A stretch of 64,000 nt of DNA from Candidatus Nanopelagicales bacterium. GTDB taxonomy: Bacteria; Actinomycetota; Actinomycetes; S36-B12; UBA5976. Below the pieces are notes generated by a model, which did not search any database, was not told where the DNA came from, and saw only the letters and a list, made by a program, of their open reading frames with translations. Below are positions 1 to 8,778 of this stretch, piece by piece (positions within the stretch are counted from its first letter, which is position 1; the number at the start of each line of letters is the position of its first letter). The stretch spans positions 3,464 through 67,463 of the forward strand of contig JBMTAF010000001.1 in assembly GCA_049428425.1 (NCBI GenBank). The letters run 5' to 3'. A program made the position numbers and the translations under genes.

Positions 1-1489
1 TTTCACTCGAACTAAAGCTGCGATTCTAGGCGAATTTGTTTTGTCTTCGTTGCGAGAGCGGTTTGTTCAACGGGCAGTTCAGTTACCGCCTGATGCGATT
101 GAGCGCGCAGGATCTGGTGAGCTGCTAAATCGCACCACAACTGACATTAATCACGTCACCTGGGCAGTTCGTGATGCACTGCCGGTAATCACAATTTGTA
201 TTTCAGAGATCGTGATAATCAGTTTAGGCATCTTCTTTACTGCGCCAATCTTCCTGGCTGCCGCGTTAGTCACGCTGCCGATTGTGGTGGCGATAACTAG
301 ATGGTATCTACGCCGATCACCACAGGCATACCGCGTGGAATCATCGCTGTATTCGCAGGTGAACTCAGTGCTGGTTGAAACTGCTGAAGGCGGCCGAACG
401 ATTGAAGCGCTGCAGCTAGGTGATGATCGATTGATTCGAACTCGCAGTGCAATCGGTAGATGGTTGCAGTGGGAGCAGTACACAATGCGACTGCGTAGTC
501 GCTGGTTCCCGGCTGTTTCGTTTTCTTATATTGCGCCGCTGGCTGTGGTGTTGTTAATTGGTGCGCAAATGTATCAAGCTGGCCAGATTAGTTTGGCTGA
601 GTTAACTGCTGCCATGCTTTATACCCAGATGTTGGCCGATCCAGTTGAAGGCTTGTTGTGGTGGATTGACGAATTTCAATCTGGCAAGGCATCGCTCTCG
701 CGATTACTTGGAATATATGAGGTGGCGGATCGAGAGATTCGCGAAGCCGAGCCAGCAAATGATGAACTAGCTGGTGAAAAAGTTCATTATGCGTATCGAA
801 CTGGTAAAGATGTATTGAAAGGCGTTTCATTTGAGGTTGAGCCTGGGACGCGATTAGCAATCGTTGGCCCAAGCGGCGCCGGGAAATCTACGTTGGGCAG
901 ATTGTTGGCCGGTGTTCAGCCGCCAACAGCTGGCCGGGTAACTGTGGGAGATGCTGAGATTGGCTATCTGCCAGTTGAGCAAGCCCGCTCGCATGTTGCG
1001 CTGGTAACGCAAGAACACCATGTATTTGTGGGCACTATTCGCGAAAACGTGGCACTAGCTTTCACTGATAAAACTGATGAGGAAATTTGGCAAGCGCTAA
1101 CTGCAGTAAATGCTGCTAACTGGGTTAGCGAATTAACCGATGGGTTAGATACTGCAGTTGGCAGTGGTGGTCACAAGTTATTGCCAGCACAAGCGCAACA
1201 GATCGCACTTGCCCGATTGGTGTTAGCAAATCCTCGCACCTTAGTGCTTGATGAAGCCACTTCGCTGTTAGATGCAAAAGCGGCACGCAGTTTAGAAGGC
1301 TCACTAAACCGGGTTCTGGGGGAGCGAACTGTGATTGCCATTGCCCACCGATTGCAAACGGCACATGATGCTGACTTAATTGCCGTAGTAGAAGATGGGC
1401 AGATCTCGGAGTGGGGCTCACATGAGCAGTTGTTGGCGGCAAATGGCGCATATGCTGCGCTGTGGCGCTCCTGGCGAGATGAGCACTAG
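1..1489 (+). CDS. ABC transporter, fused permease/ATP-binding protein (5' end outside the window)
   Basis: The frame is open to the window edge. Transmembrane-rich N-terminal part, then Walker A GPSGAGKST, signature-like LLPAQAQQIALAR and Walker B LVLDEATS. Confidence 0.85.
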   Translation, partial: FTRTKAAILGEFVLSSLRERFVQRAVQLPPDAIERAGSGELLNRTTTDINHVTWAVRDALPVITICISEIVIISLGIFFTAPIFLAAALVTLPIVVAITRWYLRRSPQAYRVESSLYSQVNSVLVETAEGGRTIEALQLGDDRLIRTRSAIGRWLQWEQYTMRLRSRWFPAVSFSYIAPLAVVLLIGAQMYQAGQISLAELTAAMLYTQMLADPVEGLLWWIDEFQSGKASLSRLLGIYEVADREIREAEPANDELAGEKVHYAYRTGKDVLKGVSFEVEPGTRLAIVGPSGAGKSTLGRLLAGVQPPTAGRVTVGDAEIGYLPVEQARSHVALVTQEHHVFVGTIRENVALAFTDKTDEEIWQALTAVNAANWVSELTDGLDTAVGSGGHKLLPAQAQQIALARLVLANPRTLVLDEATSLLDAKAARSLEGSLNRVLGERTVIAIAHRLQTAHDADLIAVVEDGQISEWGSHEQLLAANGAYAALWRSWRDEH

Positions 1490-1578
1490 TAAACGCGAAC
1501 AGATGTGCATGGTTGTGGTTTGCTAAGTTAGCTCTGCTGAGATGAGATACTTACTGCGCAATCAAAGGAAGTGATCTG

Positions 1579-3192
1579 TTGTCACGAATCATGCCTGGCA
1601 CGGGAGTCGGCTCGCATGCTGTTGTTGCGCCAGTTCATCGGTTAGCAGATCGACCAATCCAGCCACCTCCAACTAGACGAAAAAAAGCAATTGAAGACGA
1701 AGTTCAAGCGCTTGAATCGGCGGCTGAATTTGTACAAGCTTTACTAAAAGATCGTGCTGCCGCAGCCGCTGGTGAAACTGCCGATATTTTGAGCGCGCTA
1801 TCCGCATTTGCGGCTGATCCAGCATTAATGATGGCGGCAAAAGCTGAAGTAAACAACGGCTGGGATGCGCCAACTGCAATTAGTCGCGCGTCGAAAAGTT
1901 TCGCCCAGATGCTGCAATCGGCTGGCGGTGCATTTGCGGAACGCGCAGCAGATTTAGATGAGATTGCACTTCGTATTACTGCTCGCTTAACTGGCCAAGA
2001 ATGGTCGGTTGAGATCCCGGCCACCGGTCGGTATGTCTTAGTCGCAGAGGATCTAACTCCGGCTGACACGGCACAAATTGATCCAAAAATTGTCGTCGGT
2101 GTCGTGACCCAAAAAGGTGGCCCAACTAGCCACACCTCAATTATTTGTCGTCAAAAAGGAATTGCGGCAGTTGTTGGCTGCACCGCCGCGTTAGAGCTAG
2201 TCAATGGCGATTTGGTTTTAGTAGATCCAGTAGGCGATCGAATAGTGCTAAATGGTGATTTAACTGATGCCACTGCAGCGCTACCGACCGTTGACCCAGA
2301 TGCGCCAACTCTAATTCCAGTTTATGGCAACATCGGAAATCAAAAAGATGCCCAAGCGGTGGTGGCGATGCATGGTGCCGGGGTTGGTTTATTTCGAACC
2401 GAATTACTTTACCTAGATGCAGACACCGCACCAACAATTGCCGAACAGCGAAAAATATATGAAGGAGTGTTTGCTGAGTTAGGTGAGCGACCAATCGTGA
2501 TTCGGACGTTAGATGCAGGTTCGGATAAACCATTGCGATTCTTGAATTTAGCATCCGAAGAGAATCCGGCGCTGGGAGTTAGGGGATGGCGAATCGCTGG
2601 ACCGCAACCACAAGTGGTGTTTGATCAATTGACTGCAATTAAGCAAGCTGCTGATTCAACTGGTGCTGACGTGCGAGTGATGGCTCCCATGATCTCGATC
2701 CCGCAAGAAGCACATCAGTTTGCTGCGATGGCACGAGAAGTTGGACTGAAACATATTGGCATCATGATCGAAACGCCGGCAATTGCTTTTGCCGTTAGAG
2801 ATTTAGCCGGCCATTTAGATTTTGTTTCAATTGGCACTAATGACTTAGCTCAGTATTTGTTTGCCGCAGATCGCCAGCATAACGAATTAGTTGAATTCCT
2901 AGATCCTTGGCAGCCAGCGTTGCTTCGCACTATTAAGCGAATTTGTGATGATGCTGCCCGAATAAATATTGCTGTTGGAGTTTGTGGCGAAGCCGCGGCA
3001 GACCCGCTATTGGCAATTGTGTTAGCTGGAATTGGGGTTAATTCAGTTAGTGCTGCAGCCCCAGCAATTCCTGGCGTGCGCACTCGACTTGCGCTGGTGG
3101 ATCAAGCGACCGCAATCCAAGCGGCGGAAGTAGCGATGAAAGCGACCTCGCCAAGTCAAGCTAAAGCTTCAGTTAAAGCATTAATCGCTTAG
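1579..3192 (+). CDS. ptsI: Phosphoenolpyruvate-protein phosphotransferase (PTS enzyme I)
   Basis: Phospho-His motif GGPTSHTSIICRQKG, C-terminal PEP-utilizer motifs SIGTNDLAQY and VCGEAAADP. TTG start sits 7 nt after GGAAG. Confidence 0.85.
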   Translation: MSRIMPGTGVGSHAVVAPVHRLADRPIQPPPTRRKKAIEDEVQALESAAEFVQALLKDRAAAAAGETADILSALSAFAADPALMMAAKAEVNNGWDAPTAISRASKSFAQMLQSAGGAFAERAADLDEIALRITARLTGQEWSVEIPATGRYVLVAEDLTPADTAQIDPKIVVGVVTQKGGPTSHTSIICRQKGIAAVVGCTAALELVNGDLVLVDPVGDRIVLNGDLTDATAALPTVDPDAPTLIPVYGNIGNQKDAQAVVAMHGAGVGLFRTELLYLDADTAPTIAEQRKIYEGVFAELGERPIVIRTLDAGSDKPLRFLNLASEENPALGVRGWRIAGPQPQVVFDQLTAIKQAADSTGADVRVMAPMISIPQEAHQFAAMAREVGLKHIGIMIETPAIAFAVRDLAGHLDFVSIGTNDLAQYLFAADRQHNELVEFLDPWQPALLRTIKRICDDAARINIAVGVCGEAAADPLLAIVLAGIGVNSVSAAAPAIPGVRTRLALVDQATAIQAAEVAMKATSPSQAKASVKALIA

Positions 3193-3719
3193 GCGGATAC
3201 TGGCTCTAGCGCGCCAGTTTCCACATGATAAATCGCTCCGGCAACCACAACATCTTGCTTCAGCAGCGGAAAAGATCTAATTCGCTGCACATCAGATTTC
3301 AACGCGGCAACCTGATTTGAAACCGTTCGAAACTCAATGCTTCGAGTATCTACTTGGAATGAGTCAAATATCTCAGCGTGAATTGTCGTTTCATCACTTT
3401 TTGCCATTCGGCAATCCGTATGTGGCATTACTAAAATTCGAGTTACCCCAAGTAAGTAATTTGATAGCACGAGCGTTCGAAGCACATCTTCAGTTACGCG
3501 GGCGCCAGCATTTCGAATAATTTTCGCATCACCTGCAGCCATTCCAGTTACGGCGAGTGGATTAATTCTTGAGTCAATGCAAGTTACTATCGCCAAACCA
3601 CGAATTGCAGTTCCAGTTAAATTTGTATCTTCAAAAGATTGCTGAAAGTCGCGATTGGCTGATAAGACGTCAGCAAAAGATTCCGTTGGAAATTCCGCGT
3701 TAATTTCTGCCCCAATCAC
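3189..3719 (-). CDS. Beta-class carbonic anhydrase
   Basis: CIDSR and HTDCRM (C-x-D-x-R and H-x-x-C zinc-ligand motifs), 176 aa. Confidence 0.8.
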   Translation of the reverse strand: MIGAEINAEFPTESFADVLSANRDFQQSFEDTNLTGTAIRGLAIVTCIDSRINPLAVTGMAAGDAKIIRNAGARVTEDVLRTLVLSNYLLGVTRILVMPHTDCRMAKSDETTIHAEIFDSFQVDTRSIEFRTVSNQVAALKSDVQRIRSFPLLKQDVVVAGAIYHVETGALEPVSA

Positions 3720-3721
3720 TG

Positions 3722-4273
3722 CTACTTAATTGCAGCCACCAGTTTACTCATGGCGGTAGTAACTAATTCGCGTGCGGCAGGGTCGATTAGATCACCAATT
3801 TCGCTAAATACTTCACTAGAGCGGCCAATTGCCACCTCTGGCTCATCAATTAGGGCGGATTTGAAGTGGCCCATCACCTGCCGTAGATGCGGTTGCATTC
3901 GGGCGGTGCCTAATTTGCCTGGCGAGGTGCCCATGATCAACGTGGGCTTGTTCTCAAACGGGTTAAACCCAACTCTGGATAGCCAGTCCAGCAAGTTCTT
4001 AAGCCCGCCTGGAATCGACCAGTTGTATTCAGGCGATGCGATCATCACCGCGTCAGCAGTTTGAATCTGCTGCGCGATTGCCATGATCTGATCGTTAGCT
4101 GGCGACATATCATCAAAGATTGGAATCTGCTTCCAATCAATCAACTCGATGGACACATTATCTGGTGCCAGTTCCGCTGCCGCTCGGAGCAGTTGATGAT
4201 TACTTGAGCCGGGACGCAGGCTGCCGCAAATTGCCACAATAGTTTTCATACGAGCAGTGTTCCGCATTTTCAT
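3722..4273 (-). CDS. NADPH-dependent FMN reductase family oxidoreductase
   Basis: N-terminal IVAICGSLRPGSSN flavodoxin-like motif and PEYNWSIPGGLKN; typical size of about 180 aa. Confidence 0.75.
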   Translation of the reverse strand: MKMRNTARMKTIVAICGSLRPGSSNHQLLRAAAELAPDNVSIELIDWKQIPIFDDMSPANDQIMAIAQQIQTADAVMIASPEYNWSIPGGLKNLLDWLSRVGFNPFENKPTLIMGTSPGKLGTARMQPHLRQVMGHFKSALIDEPEVAIGRSSEVFSEIGDLIDPAARELVTTAMSKLVAAIK

Positions 4274-4301
4274 CTGCCAGCAACTCGACTAAGGTTCTCG
4301 C

Positions 4302-4748
4302 ATGTCTAATCCAGTGCTTGATGCCTATGTCGCCGGAATTGCCCAAGTGGCAGATCTGCTTACCTATTCGCCAGCTGATTTAGCCAAAGTTCCAGTAGAT
4401 GCTGGTTGGTCGGCAGCCCAAGTTTTGGGACATCTGGCAGATGCGGAGATTTCAATTGCGCTTCGAATGCGAATGATCTTTACCACTGATTCATATCATT
4501 TTTTGGCCTGGGATGAAGATGAGTTTGCCAATCTAAATCCAAACCGAAATCCAATTGCATCAGTAGGTGTGGTAACGGCACTGCGCCGAGCCAATCTAGA
4601 TTTAATCGATGGCTTATCAGCTGATTTCTTGACCAAAACTGGAACCAAACTTGATGGACAGCCAATTTCGGTAATTGATTATCTAGATCGGATGAATCAG
4701 CACACGCTGGATCATTTAGCTCAAGCGAAAACTGCGCTGGCAGGTTAA
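4302..4748 (+). CDS. DinB-family (DinB_2-like) protein
   Basis: 148 aa four-helix-type sequence with His motifs (GHLADAEI ... HTLDHL) typical of the DinB/mycothiol-dependent enzyme superfamily. Confidence 0.55.
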   Translation: MSNPVLDAYVAGIAQVADLLTYSPADLAKVPVDAGWSAAQVLGHLADAEISIALRMRMIFTTDSYHFLAWDEDEFANLNPNRNPIASVGVVTALRRANLDLIDGLSADFLTKTGTKLDGQPISVIDYLDRMNQHTLDHLAQAKTALAG

Positions 4749-4749
4749 C

Positions 4750-5373
4750 TTGCCCAACGCTTATTGGGCTTTCTTAATAAGCTCAATCATTATCATCTTA
4801 ATTCCCGGCCCATCGGTGATGTTTGTGATGAGTCGAGCCATTGCACTTGGCAAACGCGCAGCGGTAGCAACTGCAATTGGAAATGCATTGGGCACTTTTG
4901 TGAATGTTTTAGTGCTTGCGGTAGGGCTTGGACCAGTGTTAGAAAACTTCCCGGCGCTGCTGCAGATCATTAGGTACTTAGGTGCGGCTTATCTCGTTTA
5001 TTTGGGCTGGCAAGCGATAGCAGATCGCAATGATGTGGCACTAAATGCGTATGCTGGCAGTTCGCTACCAACCAAAAAGATTCTCACGCAAGGTGCAATT
5101 GTTGGACTTACTAATCCAAAAACTATAGTTTTCTTTGCAGCTGTGCTGCCGCAATTCGTGGTGACTCGATTTGGGTTTATCTGGTTGCAGTTATTGCTCC
5201 TTGGCCTGGTTTTTTGCGTGCTCGGAGCCACGCTTGATTCGATTTATGGCCTGCTTGCCGGTTCGTTTCGCAGTTGGTTTAGCGCAGCACCGCATCGATT
5301 AGCCCAATTGAGTGCCACCGGTGGCTTGCTGATTATCCTGCTTGGCATCGCAGTAGTGCTTGGTTGGTTTTAG
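4750..5373 (+). CDS. LysE family amino-acid translocator
   Basis: 207 aa, multi-TM, N-terminal IPGPSVMFVMSRA motif typical of LysE/RhtB exporters. Confidence 0.8.
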   Translation: MPNAYWAFLISSIIIILIPGPSVMFVMSRAIALGKRAAVATAIGNALGTFVNVLVLAVGLGPVLENFPALLQIIRYLGAAYLVYLGWQAIADRNDVALNAYAGSSLPTKKILTQGAIVGLTNPKTIVFFAAVLPQFVVTRFGFIWLQLLLLGLVFCVLGATLDSIYGLLAGSFRSWFSAAPHRLAQLSATGGLLIILLGIAVVLGWF

Positions 5374-5431
5374 TTTTCCACAACTTCAAAAATCTATCTC
5401 CGCGTTTTAATTTTTTCGAAATAGTTCGCAG

Positions 5432-6370
5432 ATGAATGAATCTGTCAAAGTCTATGGCCCCACGTCATTGATCGCCGCCTTGCCGTTTCTACTTGGTTTC
5501 AAGCCAAGTAATTCTCTGTTATGTGTGTTGCTCGATAACGAATCAATTACCGGATGTATTCGATATGACTTAACCGAAAATCCAGTTGAGATGTTTGACC
5601 TAATTCAAACTACTTTAGCGAATTACAACTACCAAACCATGGTGGTAGTGATTGTTGCCGAACCAGTGACAATAGACCTAGCTCGGCTAGTGGATCGGTT
5701 TCGCGAAAACGATATTCAACTACTTGATTTCTTAATCACTGACTGGAAGTTTTACCGATCAGCATTGTGTAAAGATCAAACTTGCTGTCCGATCACTGGT
5801 ACCGCACTCACTCAGGCGCAGCAGGATCAAATGGCGGCACAATTAGTTGCCGCGGGGCATGTAGCAGTTGACTCACGCTCGGAATTCTTGGCTCAATTGA
5901 CTTCAAACCCAATATCGCTGGATCAAGAGAATTCGGTGCCGCTGCTGCCACCCTTAACTTCAGCAGAATTAATTGCCAAGCTAACTAATCTGCGGCGAAG
6001 TCCAGTAAGCGTAACTGAATTGATCCAAATAAATCAGGCATTAATTCAGCCGGAGATTCGAAATGATCTGGAATATCACATTTTTGACTCTACCCAAGGT
6101 GAATTAAATGATGTTTCACAACTTCGAGTGGTGGCCGAGAACATTAGACAGATCGCAGTTAAAGTTCCCACAGCTAATTCAAGTATGGCCTATGGCTTGC
6201 TGGCCTTCTGTTATTGGAATTTAGGGGAGTGGATTTTGGCTGAAGCTGCGGCGGAAGTCTCACTCAATTTAGATTCAAACAATTCACCTGCGAAACTAAC
6301 TAAACGATTATTGATGCAAGCAGTAGATCCAGTTATTGCCCGAAAACAAATCTTTCCAAGTGCAGCTTAA
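5432..6370 (+). CDS. DUF4192 family protein
   Basis: N-terminal GPTSLIAALPFLLGFKPSNSLL is the hallmark of actinobacterial DUF4192, which is typically found near sigA. Confidence 0.65.
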   Translation: MNESVKVYGPTSLIAALPFLLGFKPSNSLLCVLLDNESITGCIRYDLTENPVEMFDLIQTTLANYNYQTMVVVIVAEPVTIDLARLVDRFRENDIQLLDFLITDWKFYRSALCKDQTCCPITGTALTQAQQDQMAAQLVAAGHVAVDSRSEFLAQLTSNPISLDQENSVPLLPPLTSAELIAKLTNLRRSPVSVTELIQINQALIQPEIRNDLEYHIFDSTQGELNDVSQLRVVAENIRQIAVKVPTANSSMAYGLLAFCYWNLGEWILAEAAAEVSLNLDSNNSPAKLTKRLLMQAVDPVIARKQIFPSAA

Positions 6371-7197
6371 AGATTTTCCTGTAAGTATTTTTTTGTAGCA
6401 TCGTATGCTGAATCCATTCGTTCAATTACTCGCTTTGCTTCACGTGGATCGAATGCCGCCCGATCAACTGACAGAATGGTATTTGATCCAGTGGGAAGTA
6501 AGAACACTTCTGCAGTTTCCTTAGCTTTTGTGACCGCGGCATTGAACCGAGCTCGTCGCGCTATTTCTAATGCGGTAAGAGCGCTAGAGATGGGGTTAGC
6601 CGGAACGGGCAAAGATTGCTCCATTTTTCCAACCTGAAGCACAAAGATTTTGGTAGCGCCAAGCTTTCGTGCGCGATCGACTGGAACTGGATTGACAATT
6701 CCACCATCCATGAAGTCTGCACCGCCAATATGAACTGGCGGATATATCCCGGGCGCCGCTGAGCTAGCCAATATTGCCTGGACTATTGGACCATGATCAA
6801 ACCAAAACTCGCGAGCATCTTGAATTCGCACGGCAACGCAGCCAAACATGATAGGTAGTTGTTCAATGTTCTCAACATTAAGTTGTTCAGTCAACAGCTT
6901 TCGCAAATAATCACTCTCAAATAGGGAAACCCTCGTTTTAGCCAACGTGGTTAATCGCTCCACAATCGAGCCGCCAAATGGGCTCTGGTCGGCAACATCA
7001 AGCCATAGCTGCGTTAATTTCGTAACGCCAGAAGCATCTGGTGACTGAGCAAACCCAGCGCCATTGATTGCTCCAATCGAGGCACCGAGCACTAGGTCAG
7101 GTTTAATGCCAAACTCAATTAGCGCTTGCAGCATTCCGACCTGAGTTGAACCCAGTAATCCACCGCCGCTTAACACGAAGGCTGTTTTTTCGCTCAC
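6367..7197 (-). CDS. Patatin-like phospholipase
   Basis: GGGLLG oxyanion motif, GASIGA (G-x-S-x-G) nucleophile and DGG catalytic Asp motif. Confidence 0.85.
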   Translation of the reverse strand: MSEKTAFVLSGGGLLGSTQVGMLQALIEFGIKPDLVLGASIGAINGAGFAQSPDASGVTKLTQLWLDVADQSPFGGSIVERLTTLAKTRVSLFESDYLRKLLTEQLNVENIEQLPIMFGCVAVRIQDAREFWFDHGPIVQAILASSAAPGIYPPVHIGGADFMDGGIVNPVPVDRARKLGATKIFVLQVGKMEQSLPVPANPISSALTALEIARRARFNAAVTKAKETAEVFLLPTGSNTILSVDRAAFDPREAKRVIERMDSAYDATKKYLQENL

Positions 7198-7282
7198 GCC
7201 GCAATTCTGCCACTCAATAAATTCTTCACCCGCTAATCCTAGCTACTACGTTCGGGTTAATCGGAGAAATGCGTTTTAACGT

Positions 7283-8077
7283 ATGAGTATGGTTAAACAA
7301 TTGCTCCTAAGTATTGCCCTGGGTATTACTGGCTTGAGCACGCCAGAAGTCGAAGTTATCGCTGGCAATGATGATGCTTATCAAATTTCTGGTCGATATT
7401 TATTGACCCAGGATGCTGTTGGTGCTCCAAATGTTGCTAAAAAAGCTGCAACCTGCATTGGTTGCAAGTGGCATTTGCAGCGAATTTGTCCTGATGAGAA
7501 TGTTACGAATCATCTTGGCTATGACTGCACTAAGCCAACTTCTTATTCGTGCGCCAACGGTTCCCGTTATCAAATCTGGTTCCTAGATGAAGGGTTGTGG
7601 CGACCAGGAGATTGGCAATTGCGAGGAAGTAGTTGTATCGGACCTCGCGGTCCCACCGCAATTACCCAACTACATCAAGAGGTGACTGATTCGGCAGTTG
7701 GTTACTTACCGGAATTGATCGTGAAACTACAGCCAAAAACTAATTCGTTAGTTAACCTGCCAACTAAAGTTAAGGTGAAATCAGCCAACCAATTCAGGTT
7801 CAATGTGGAAGTAGCGGGCATTCCAGTTGAAGTAACTGCAACTGCTAGCTATCGATATGAGTTCCGTGATGGCCATCAAATAACTACTTCAGCCAGAGAG
7901 ATTAATCATGTTTATCGAAGTCGGGGAGAGTATCCAATAAAAGTTACAGCAATCTGGCTAGCAACTTGGTCAACTGCATTGCATGGCACAAATCCAGTTG
8001 CTGGGAATGATTTAACCCAATCTAAAACCGTTGCAACATCAGTGCTTGCCGCAAGGGGACGGTTAATAATGCGCTAA
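7283..8077 (+). CDS. Secreted hypothetical protein with Cys-rich middle and PKD-like C-terminal domain
   Basis: Hydrophobic N-terminal signal-like segment, 8 Cys in the centre, and a C-terminal YEFRDGHQ...INHVYRSRGEYPIKVTAIW resembling PKD motifs. Confidence 0.5.
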   Translation: MSMVKQLLLSIALGITGLSTPEVEVIAGNDDAYQISGRYLLTQDAVGAPNVAKKAATCIGCKWHLQRICPDENVTNHLGYDCTKPTSYSCANGSRYQIWFLDEGLWRPGDWQLRGSSCIGPRGPTAITQLHQEVTDSAVGYLPELIVKLQPKTNSLVNLPTKVKVKSANQFRFNVEVAGIPVEVTATASYRYEFRDGHQITTSAREINHVYRSRGEYPIKVTAIWLATWSTALHGTNPVAGNDLTQSKTVATSVLAARGRLIMR

Positions 8078-8105
8078 AGTAATTGAGTTGTGCCAGAATT
8101 CCGCC

Positions 8106-8672
8106 ATGCTAAAAATCGCGCAACATGAAGCCGCTGATGCCTTATTGAACCGAGATCCACTTGCCTTGCTGATCGCTATGCTGCTCGATCAACAACAACC
8201 AATGGAACGAGCTTTCGCTGGGCCGTATCAAATTGCATCCAGAATGCGAGTTAAGAAGTTATCGGCAAAAAAGATTGCCAATATGGATTCCAGTGACTTT
8301 CTAGCAATCGTGAGTGAAAAGCCGGCAGTGCATAGATTTCCTAAAGCAATGGCAGCCCGAATTCAAAAGCTGTGCGCAATAATTGATGAGCAGTACGCAG
8401 GAAAAGCTGAACGGGTTTGGGTAGATGAACCTAACGCAGCTGAATTACTGCAGCGAATAAAGCAGTTACCTGGCTTTGGCGAAGACAAGGCCAAGATCTT
8501 TATAGCCCTGCTTGGAAAACAGTTAGGAATTAGGCCTAAGGGCTGGCGAGAAGTGTCCGCACCATACGGTGAGCCAGGCTCAAAAATGACCGTGGCAGAC
8601 GTCAAAAACCCCAAGACCTTGCTAGAGGTTAGGGCATACAAGCAGCAGATGAAGGCCGCTGGCATCTGGTAA
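8106..8672 (+). CDS. HhH-GPD-type base excision DNA repair protein
   Basis: LPGFGEDKAKIFIALLG helix-hairpin-helix segment; resembles the actinobacterial HhH-GPD family. ATG at 8106 preferred over the TTG at 8088. Confidence 0.6.
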   Translation: MLKIAQHEAADALLNRDPLALLIAMLLDQQQPMERAFAGPYQIASRMRVKKLSAKKIANMDSSDFLAIVSEKPAVHRFPKAMAARIQKLCAIIDEQYAGKAERVWVDEPNAAELLQRIKQLPGFGEDKAKIFIALLGKQLGIRPKGWREVSAPYGEPGSKMTVADVKNPKTLLEVRAYKQQMKAAGIW

Positions 8673-8778
8673 CTGGGCCTAAGCCGCCTAATTCCTTCCC
8701 CTGTGAGACACTTGGCCCCGCCTAAAGCAAGTGCCCGCACTTGACTTTGGGCCTTGTTATTGCCGAAATGGAGCCCAG

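Noticed and set aside
6367-7197. Patatin-like phospholipase as a CBASS or other defence effector
   Set aside because: No cyclase, nucleotidyltransferase, sensor or other defence partner is adjacent. Its neighbours are DUF4192, a secreted PKD-like protein and a repair glycosylase-like protein, so it looks like a stand-alone lipase.
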